Part shown: positions 57,331 to 64,000 of the stretch, piece after piece
Position numbering within the stretch: position 1 is the first letter of the stretch
Layout: the number at the start of each line of letters is the position of its first letter
From: Candidatus Krumholzibacteriota bacterium
GTDB taxonomy: Bacteria; Krumholzibacteriota; Krumholzibacteriia; Krumholzibacteriales; Krumholzibacteriaceae
Direction: 5' to 3'
Assembly (NCBI GenBank): GCA_030667985.1
Contig: DAOUUU010000002.1
Location: 9,653-73,652 of the forward strand
DNA length: 64,000 nucleotides
Notes under the pieces: model-generated
What the model saw: the letters and a program-made list of their open reading frames with translations, nothing else
What the model was told of the DNA's origin: nothing
Databases searched by the model: none
Program-made: the position numbers and the translations under genes

Positions 57331-58278
57331 ATGAACTGTGACCCGAGATCCGGCAAGAGCGTATCATTCGTCAAGATAATCCTTTTCAGCCTCGTACTCC
57401 TTTTCCTTGCATCTCTGCTTTTAGCTGATGAGGATGGGGACCACAGGCCGCTGCTCGGTTTCTGGGGTATAATGGCGTATCCGAGGTACTGGATGTCCCT
57501 GGTCTTCGGGCTGCTCGGATTCATCCTGCTACAGAAGGTGCGCTTAACGAAAAATCTCCGTCTTCTCTTCCTGCCGATAATCTTCTTTATTTTCTCTCTC
57601 GTCGAGTTGCTTCCGCTAGGCGTCTTCGCGCAGCGTATGGGCCTGCACCCGAGCCCCGTATGCACCGTGTCAAAGCCGTTTCTCTTCTTCGTAGAGGGCA
57701 AGGTGATCCCGCTTGCCTTCTGGGTCTCGCTTCTCGTCATCGCGGCACTGACGCTCCTCGGCAACAAGCTCTTCTGCGGCTGGGTCTGCCCTGTCGGAGC
57801 GCTGCAGGAGCTCATCCACCGGATCCCCCTTCCTAAAAGGTTCAAACTCGAGGTCCCGTTTAGAGTCGCCAATTCGATCAGGATAGTGATCTTTGCGCTT
57901 TTCATCCTCTTCGTATTCACGATGGGTATCGAGATCTACGAGTATTTCAATCCATTCGAGGTGTTTCACTGGGATCTCGAAGCGGCCGGCCTGGTCATCC
58001 TGGGCGCTGTGATGCTCGTTGCCCTGTTCATGTGGCGCCCATTTTGTTACATCGTTTGTCCATTAGGACTTATAACCTGGGTTCTCGAGCAGTTTTCTTT
58101 GTTCAGGGTAAGGATCGAGCCGGGGATCTGCACCGACTGCGACCGCTGTATCCGGGATAATCCCTGTCTCGCGATGCGGGCGATAGTCAAGGGGAGCCGG
58201 GTCAGGCCCGACTGTTTCGCCTGCGGTCTCTGCATCGAATCCTGCCCGAAGAAGGGCCTCAGATACGACAGGAGATAA
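57331..58278 (+). CDS. polytopic membrane 4Fe-4S ferredoxin-type protein (NapH/MauN/NosR-C-like)
   Basis: Motifs FCGWVCPVGALQE, CTDCDRCIRDNPC and CFACGLCIESCP sit between TM helices. RBS GGAAGGAG before ATG 57331; the ORF track starts at 57283. Confidence 0.65.
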   Translation: MNCDPRSGKSVSFVKIILFSLVLLFLASLLLADEDGDHRPLLGFWGIMAYPRYWMSLVFGLLGFILLQKVRLTKNLRLLFLPIIFFIFSLVELLPLGVFAQRMGLHPSPVCTVSKPFLFFVEGKVIPLAFWVSLLVIAALTLLGNKLFCGWVCPVGALQELIHRIPLPKRFKLEVPFRVANSIRIVIFALFILFVFTMGIEIYEYFNPFEVFHWDLEAAGLVILGAVMLVALFMWRPFCYIVCPLGLITWVLEQFSLFRVRIEPGICTDCDRCIRDNPCLAMRAIVKGSRVRPDCFACGLCIESCPKKGLRYDRR

Positions 58279-58464
58279 ACTGACATAAATACCAAGGAAC
58301 GAGCGATTCTCCCCGGTAGCAGGGATAAACACAAGAGCTTTAAAATATAACGTTTAGCGATTGACAAATCATCCCTGCCTGTGGCACAATACGGATGGCT
58401 CAAGGTGGGGCTTGGAGGCCCGATGCCTGCCCGCTGGCGACTCTCTCCCGAGAAGGATGGTTAA

Positions 58465-61257
58465 ATGCAGAAGCGGAACGCGATACCCTTTCCCATGAAA
58501 GGGATTTTTTGTGCGCTGATCGCAGTCGTGCTGCTCATTCCGCTCTCCCCCGGGGCGCAGCGCAAGGGGCGGTTGGCGGGGCATGTCATTGACGTTCTGT
58601 CCGGGAAGCCGGTTCCGCAGGCGCTCGTCGCGATACAGGGGACGACCATCAGCACTTTGACCGACAGCAAGGGCAAGTTCCACATCGATCTTCCCGAGGG
58701 AAAGTACGGCATCACGATCTTCAAGGAGGATTACTACAGCACCTGCTATCAGGATGTGGAGATAGAGGGCGCGCGGATAACGACCTACAAGTGTGAGATG
58801 GTGCTGGGAGATCCGTCCATGAATATGTTTTTCAATATCGGCGGTATCACGGTGCTGGAGAAGAGGGATCTCCTTCCAGATAAAATAGAGACGACGCACG
58901 AGATATCAAGCGCCGAGATCGAGCACCACCTCGCAACAAATCTGGGCGACATCCTCGACATCCTTCCCGGCGTGGAAAGATCGAAGGCGCCGGGGCTGTC
59001 AAAGCTCAGCCAGGTCGATATACGCGGCGCTGGAATCGTCAGCAACGCGACTGAAAGGAACGCCGCCCTATTCGGTACGAAGGTGATAATCGACGATATT
59101 GCCATATCCAACAACGCGAATCTGCAGACAGGCACGGGGACCGCTTCGGCTGTGACATCGAGCACCGCCGGATCGGGGATCGATCTGAGGGGCATACCCG
59201 CCGACAACATTCAGAAGGTCGAGGTGATAACGGGCGTTCCGTCCGTTGAGTACGGCGATCTCACCACCGGGCTCGTCAAGGTATATACAAAGATGGGGCG
59301 GCAGCCTCACAGGTTGAAACTGAAATCAAATCCTGACACGAAAGAAGGTAACTTCGGCGGCGGTCTTAATCTTGGAAACACCGGGTTATCCTACAACTTG
59401 AATTACGCCTTCAGCGAACGGGACATAAGGCGCGAGGGAGATGAGTACTCCCGTTACAGCGGACAGTTCACCGTGCGGAACAAACTCCTCGGCGAAAAAC
59501 TCCAGATACTGAACAAGATGTACTATACCGGCGTTGACGATCAGAACAACCTGGACAAGAATGATCCTCTCTCAAAGGAATGGTACAACAAGGATTGGAC
59601 GTTTGTGTATGGGCACACGGTCGATTACGAACCTGTCAAGGACACGAAGCTCGAGTGGAGAGCGAACCTGAAATACACGAAACGGAACAGCTTTCATAAG
59701 TCGATGACCGGCGCCGACACACGCGTCCTGACGGACAACATGGAAGAGGGTACGGTCGAAGGAGTATTGAAGGCTGGGGCGTATATTTACGAGATATGGA
59801 CGAAGGGAGAGGAGTGGAACGCGAGCGGCAAGCTGAATTTCAGAACCGATCTCGAACTGGCGGGTTTCGAGCACTCCTTCCTGGCCGGCGGAGAGTACAC
59901 ATTCGACGACAACGTCGGTGAGGGCAAGATATTCGATCCCCTGGAACCTCCCTACGGAAACCTCGGGTACAGGCCGCTGTCGTACGATGAGGTGCCGGCC
60001 CTGCATACGGCCAATCTCTATATGGAGGACGAGATGAGGGGGTACTGGAGATTCAGGCCCTACACGATCAATCTCGGTATCCGGTACGAGATGTACTCGC
60101 CGTACAAGCTGCACCTCGACGGCATCTTCAACGAGAAGGGGGTCGTCGAGTCGAAAAACGGGACCTTCCTGAATCCCCGTGTCCGCATGAAGTACGAGCT
60201 GTTCGACGATACTCAGATACGCTTCGGGTGGGGCAAGAGCTCCAAGATGCCGTCCATGACAAAGATCTTCCAGGGGCCTAAATATTTCGACATAGTCGAG
60301 GAGAACGTCAGCCCTCCGGATTCAGTTCCCCTCGTCAGCACGTACTTATATAGATTCGACAACCGGAACATACTCGGATACCAGAACGAAAAAACCGAGC
60401 TTTCCATCGACAAGAAGATAGGCCAGGTGGGGCTTATCCTTACAGGTTTCCACTCTCGGTCAAAGGATATCCCCCGCACGGTAAACTCCCCGGTCACCCT
60501 CTACCGTTATCACTGGGACACATGGCCGGATGGAGAGCCGACGGTCATAGACACCTTTTACACTGATCCTGGAAATGACGGCTATGCGAGGAATGTGGGC
60601 TGGTCCAAGAATTACGGTGTCGAGTTCCAGTTGCTCACAAAGCGTATCGAGAAGATATCGACCGCTTTCCGCATCTCCGCCTCATACACCAAATCACGCT
60701 CGGGAGCGGACGGCCAATTCATGTCAGGTCCCCGCATTAACTCGGACCTCGGCGATAGGACGATCTATCCTTTCTACCTCTACACACAGCGATGGAGACA
60801 GAAGATGATCGTCAACTACAATGCCGACTGGTTCATCAAGAAGCTCGGGCTATGGGTCACCTTCTTTCTCCAGCAGACCCTTTTCGATGCAGACCAGTAC
60901 GTCACCGACCCGGTATTATACTCGACCGGCTATTATGACCCGGTTCTGGGGGGGGTGGTCCTGGTCACGCCCCAGGAATCGGCGGATCTCGGCCTCGACC
61001 GGTCCTACGACGAGCTGGATCTGGCAATCTCGAGGCGCCCGAATGACAGGTACCTATTCAACGTCAACGTCTCCAAGTCGCTATGGCGCGGTGCCGAGTT
61101 GTCCCTGTTCGTATATAACCTCTTCGACGACCCCGCCTATTACATTAACGAACAGGGCTACTGGAGGACGCGAAACCCGGAGATCTTCTACGGTGTGGAG
61201 TTCAGTATGGTGCTGGACGACCTCTGGAGGCGCGTTTTAAAACAGGAGGGACAGTGA
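58465..61257 (+). CDS. TonB-dependent outer-membrane receptor with N-terminal carboxypeptidase-regulatory-like domain (SusC-like layout)
   Basis: Signal peptide. CarbopepD_reg-like region GHVIDVLSGKPVPQALVAIQGTTISTLTDSKGKFHIDLPEGKYGITIFKEDYYS. Plug region ISSAEIEHHLATNLGDILDILPGVERS. About 700-aa C-terminal barrel with aromatic-rich strands ending ...YGVEFSMVLDDLW. Confidence 0.75.
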   Translation: MQKRNAIPFPMKGIFCALIAVVLLIPLSPGAQRKGRLAGHVIDVLSGKPVPQALVAIQGTTISTLTDSKGKFHIDLPEGKYGITIFKEDYYSTCYQDVEIEGARITTYKCEMVLGDPSMNMFFNIGGITVLEKRDLLPDKIETTHEISSAEIEHHLATNLGDILDILPGVERSKAPGLSKLSQVDIRGAGIVSNATERNAALFGTKVIIDDIAISNNANLQTGTGTASAVTSSTAGSGIDLRGIPADNIQKVEVITGVPSVEYGDLTTGLVKVYTKMGRQPHRLKLKSNPDTKEGNFGGGLNLGNTGLSYNLNYAFSERDIRREGDEYSRYSGQFTVRNKLLGEKLQILNKMYYTGVDDQNNLDKNDPLSKEWYNKDWTFVYGHTVDYEPVKDTKLEWRANLKYTKRNSFHKSMTGADTRVLTDNMEEGTVEGVLKAGAYIYEIWTKGEEWNASGKLNFRTDLELAGFEHSFLAGGEYTFDDNVGEGKIFDPLEPPYGNLGYRPLSYDEVPALHTANLYMEDEMRGYWRFRPYTINLGIRYEMYSPYKLHLDGIFNEKGVVESKNGTFLNPRVRMKYELFDDTQIRFGWGKSSKMPSMTKIFQGPKYFDIVEENVSPPDSVPLVSTYLYRFDNRNILGYQNEKTELSIDKKIGQVGLILTGFHSRSKDIPRTVNSPVTLYRYHWDTWPDGEPTVIDTFYTDPGNDGYARNVGWSKNYGVEFQLLTKRIEKISTAFRISASYTKSRSGADGQFMSGPRINSDLGDRTIYPFYLYTQRWRQKMIVNYNADWFIKKLGLWVTFFLQQTLFDADQYVTDPVLYSTGYYDPVLGGVVLVTPQESADLGLDRSYDELDLAISRRPNDRYLFNVNVSKSLWRGAELSLFVYNLFDDPAYYINEQGYWRTRNPEIFYGVEFSMVLDDLWRRVLKQEGQ

Positions 61258-62375
61258 GAGGGAGCTTGCATCTCGCGGTTGTCATCTCGGCTGCTTTGCT
61301 GGCAGGATGCGGGGTGGATATGCCCGGTACTCCGGACGGAAACGGCAGGGTCTATGTGGCCATAGCCGACACTTCCGGGTACATATCGGGCGAGCCGGGT
61401 GTTCCCTGCTATGTCGACAGCGCCGAGGTCAGTATCCAGTCGAGGACGCACCAATTCACCGCTGTCCTGCTGACCGGCCCTGACGGCGTCGTTGCCCTGG
61501 ACGATCTTGCTACCGGCCGCTACTACCTCTTCGCGCGCAAGGATGTTTATATAGAAAACAACAAAAAAGTCTTCGCGGGCGGGATGGAATTCTACATAAC
61601 GGGGGAAGAGACGGTCGAGGATACGGTGACCGTCGGCCTGATAGCGACGAGCGAACTGATGATCAACGAGATCTACTATACAGGAGCTACCTGTACCTTT
61701 TACATGTTCGACCAGTTCGTGGAGTTATACAACTCATCGAGCGACACTCTCTACCTCGACGGGATCATACTGACGAGGCACTACCCTGCGGCCGAACCGG
61801 ACCAGGACGAAGTCGATTACGTCAAGGCCCTCTATGCCTACCAGTTTCCGGGAACGCCGGTGACGGGACGCGAATATCCGATTCTGCCCGGGCAGTTCGT
61901 GGCGATCGCTTCCGATGCCATCAACCACAGCCTCTACTGTCCCACGAGCATCGACCTCTCCGTCGCCGACTGGGAATGCTTCAATCCACTTGGAAGCGAC
62001 TACGACAATCCAGGCGTCCCAAACCTCGTCAATATCAATCCTTCCCGAACATCGGATTACCTGATAGCCCTGAGCCACAACGCCGTGGTGATTGCGACGG
62101 GTGAGGAGTATACATACGAGGAGTACGGCGATCACGGGAGCATTCGCCTGATCATTCCTCTCCATACGGTGATAGACGGGGTCGAATACGCGACAAGCGC
62201 GACGTCGACCAAGGAGCTGACGATCAATGTGGATGCCGGATTCGCCGGGATAGGAATGACCAAGTACAGCGGCCAGTCGGTGGAACGGAGAGAGCTGGGT
62301 CTCGACACGAACGATTCCACCTTCGATTTTGTGATCATCGCTCCTCCGACACCGGGGTACTCGCACGTGCAATAG
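61254..62375 (+). CDS. lamin-tail-domain (LTD) containing lipoprotein
   Basis: Lipobox LLAGCG. LTD-like core LMINEIYYTGATCTFYMFDQFVELYNSSSDTLYLDGIILTR (compare the LTD consensus INE...EWIELYN...vdLsGw). GTG start with ACAGGAGGG RBS, overlapping the receptor stop. Confidence 0.55.
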   Translation: MRGSLHLAVVISAALLAGCGVDMPGTPDGNGRVYVAIADTSGYISGEPGVPCYVDSAEVSIQSRTHQFTAVLLTGPDGVVALDDLATGRYYLFARKDVYIENNKKVFAGGMEFYITGEETVEDTVTVGLIATSELMINEIYYTGATCTFYMFDQFVELYNSSSDTLYLDGIILTRHYPAAEPDQDEVDYVKALYAYQFPGTPVTGREYPILPGQFVAIASDAINHSLYCPTSIDLSVADWECFNPLGSDYDNPGVPNLVNINPSRTSDYLIALSHNAVVIATGEEYTYEEYGDHGSIRLIIPLHTVIDGVEYATSATSTKELTINVDAGFAGIGMTKYSGQSVERRELGLDTNDSTFDFVIIAPPTPGYSHVQ

Positions 62376-62394
62376 AGGAAAGGGGGGACAGGGC

Positions 62395-63522
62395 GTGAGA
62401 AAAATATTAACAGTGCTGCTTGTCTTCCCTGTCGGGCTCCTGCTCGGTTCGTGCGGAGAGGAGAAACCCGGAGCCCCCGACGGGGATAACGTCTTGACCC
62501 TCGTCGCGATGGACACGTCGGGTGTTTCCAGTGAAGAATGGCTGCCTGTGCCGGGCGCCACGGTCAGGCTGAACAGCCCCACATTCCATTACCAGGAGAC
62601 ATTCGAAACGGACGAAGAGGGCCGTGTGGTCATAACCGATCTTGCGGCGGGAGATTACACGATAATGGCGGAGAAGATAAACGTCGAGGAGAATGTCCTT
62701 ATACTCGGGCAGATGACCAAGCAGCTCCTCTACGATCCCGCCGCGACGGACACGATATTGATGTCCTATATGCAAACATCCCCTATCTCGATCAACGAGG
62801 TCTACTACTGCGGCTGCAGCGCCTCCGCCTATTACTACTACGATCAGTTCTTCGAGCTCTACAACTCGTCCAGCGACACTCTCTACCTCGACGGGCACAT
62901 CATGTGCCGGAGCACGCAGGTCCAGCTCTTTGATTGGGAATCGGTCGACTACGCTGTAGCCTATTTCGTCTATATCTTTCCGGGAACGCGAGGAGTTACA
63001 AAGGAGTGCCCGATCCCCCCGAAGGGATTCCTCGTTCTTGCCGGGGACGCGTATGATCATTCGCTGGTGTCCGGATTATGCGTGGATATGACCTCGGCCG
63101 ATTGGGAGTTCTGCAATCCCATAGAGTTCGATTATGATAATCCCTCCGTGCCCAACATCGACCCGATCACCCTCTGGAGCAGGGATTTCACTATCAATAT
63201 CTCCCATGTGGCGATCTGGCTGGCCACGGGGGAGGATTACTACTTCGATTTTCATTTCGATGGAGACAATATGAAGGAATATGTGAATGTGCCCATCGAG
63301 ACGATCCTCGACGCGGTGGAGTATTCGAGCAATCCGGATTCCCCCAAGTACGTGACCATCCGGATCGACGCGGGGCTTGGAGGAAACGGGATGACCAGAT
63401 ACAGCGCGCGGTCGATAGAGAGAAGGTACCCGGGACTGGATTCGAACAACAGCACCTTCGATTTTGAGATAATCGACACTCCGACCCCAGGATACCAGCA
63501 CCCGAGAGAGGAGGAAGGTTAA
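62395..63522 (+). CDS. lamin-tail-domain (LTD) containing lipoprotein, paralogue of the previous gene
   Basis: Lipobox LLGSCG. ISINEVYYCGCSASAYYYYDQFFELYNSSSDTLYLDGHIMCR. A 36-bp block (acaactc.tc.agcgacactctctacctcgacggg) is conserved at DNA level with 61728-61763. Overall identity to the upstream paralogue is about 35-40%. Confidence 0.55.
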   Translation: MRKILTVLLVFPVGLLLGSCGEEKPGAPDGDNVLTLVAMDTSGVSSEEWLPVPGATVRLNSPTFHYQETFETDEEGRVVITDLAAGDYTIMAEKINVEENVLILGQMTKQLLYDPAATDTILMSYMQTSPISINEVYYCGCSASAYYYYDQFFELYNSSSDTLYLDGHIMCRSTQVQLFDWESVDYAVAYFVYIFPGTRGVTKECPIPPKGFLVLAGDAYDHSLVSGLCVDMTSADWEFCNPIEFDYDNPSVPNIDPITLWSRDFTINISHVAIWLATGEDYYFDFHFDGDNMKEYVNVPIETILDAVEYSSNPDSPKYVTIRIDAGLGGNGMTRYSARSIERRYPGLDSNNSTFDFEIIDTPTPGYQHPREEEG

Positions 63523-63528
63523 CCCAAG

Positions 63529-64000
63529 ATGCGATCGATTGCGACAAACAGGTATGGTTTTGCGGTCCTCTTCCTGGCTTTGTCTCTCGTTGTTGTCGCC
63601 TCTGGCGGCTGGAGCAACGAGCTCAGGACATCGATGATGGGGAACTGCTCGATCGCACTCTACGATGAGGATAACCAGCTCAACCCGTACGACTTCGGGC
63701 ATAATCCCGCCTACATGCTGAATGATCTCGAGTTTGAATGGGTGCGGTTCATCTTCGGGCTCGAGGAGGAGAGAGGGGAGCTAAAACGCCCCTATGATCC
63801 TCTCCTGGTCAACAATCTCTATTTAGGGTTCACCGGTATCAAGAAGCTCAGCGACAGGCATGTGACAAAGGGTTCCTTCGCCTATACGAGGCTCTGGCAG
63901 AGAGAGATCCCCAACGCTCTCGAGATCGACCAGTACAACGATCCATTCTACCTCGTGGACGAAACGACGGGCGATTTCGAGTATTACGGGCCGTCCGCCC
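63529..64000 (+). CDS. secreted hypothetical protein (3' end lies outside the window)
   Basis: ATG 63529 with signal peptide MRSIATNRYGFAVLFLALSLVVVASGGWS. The frame stays open to the window end. Confidence 0.35.
   Translation, partial: MRSIATNRYGFAVLFLALSLVVVASGGWSNELRTSMMGNCSIALYDEDNQLNPYDFGHNPAYMLNDLEFEWVRFIFGLEEERGELKRPYDPLLVNNLYLGFTGIKKLSDRHVTKGSFAYTRLWQREIPNALEIDQYNDPFYLVDETTGDFEYYGPSA

Noticed and set aside
58279-58464. Possible cobalamin or other riboswitch upstream of the TonB-dependent receptor
   Set aside because: The leader from the putative promoter (TTGACA at about 58365) to the ATG is only about 75 nt. I found no B12-box-like (GCCACTG-type) or other riboswitch consensus, so no claim is made.
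1-64000. CRISPR arrays, tRNA/rRNA genes, IS elements, integrases and prophage genes
   Set aside because: I scanned for direct-repeat/spacer periodicity and for T-loop-like GGTTCGAATCC motifs in intergenic regions and found none. None of the annotated genes resembles a transposase, integrase or recombinase, so no mobile-element call is made.

Overview
High-GC (about 60%) bacterial chromosomal segment in which 51 genes are annotated. Coding density is dense on both strands, and the six-frame ORF track contains many spurious antisense ORFs. No tRNA, rRNA, CRISPR array, transposase, integrase or phage gene was recognised. A 1065-aa secreted C1-peptidase/beta-helix protein ends in a type IX secretion (T9SS) C-terminal sorting domain, and the promoters are sigma-70-like TTGACA/TATAAT rather than Bacteroidia-type. 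This points to a non-Bacteroidia FCB-group or related uncultured lineage. The first ~31 kb is mostly housekeeping: glgC (5' truncated), nadE, an Lrp-metY-hom-aldehyde dehydrogenase cluster, dapA-dapB, arsR-trxA, pfk, an ApgM-type phosphoglycerate-mutase-family enzyme, two AMP-binding acyl-CoA ligases, rhodanese-DoxX, and a MacA-like adaptor with two FtsX permeases. Interspersed are envelope-glycosylation-like genes: two GT-C/GT39-like membrane proteins, a GT2 polyprenol-phosphate sugar synthase and a DegT aminotransferase. The rest is an accessory, envelope-focused region. The most unusual part is a co-directional four-gene locus (32.5-45.6 kb) of DUF11-repeat secreted proteins of 163, 898, about 1936 and 1211 aa. 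The 1936-aa protein has an inverted architecture: extracellular repeats, then an OmpA-like peptidoglycan-binding domain, then a roughly 1000-aa C-terminal putative outer-membrane beta-barrel. The 1211-aa protein carries five tandem ~130-aa modules with a DGDGDD-type motif. Second candidate: a TonB-dependent receptor followed by two paralogous lamin-tail-domain (LTD) lipoproteins where a SusD-like gene would be expected. Also notable are an M19 dipeptidase gene split by an in-frame TAG, an orphan ParB-like gene next to a 280-bp AT-rich island, a 67K SppA fused to an N-terminal beta-barrel-like domain, and a DUF4097 protein built of 18-aa MGGDI repeats. All domain calls come from motif recognition by eye, with no database search.
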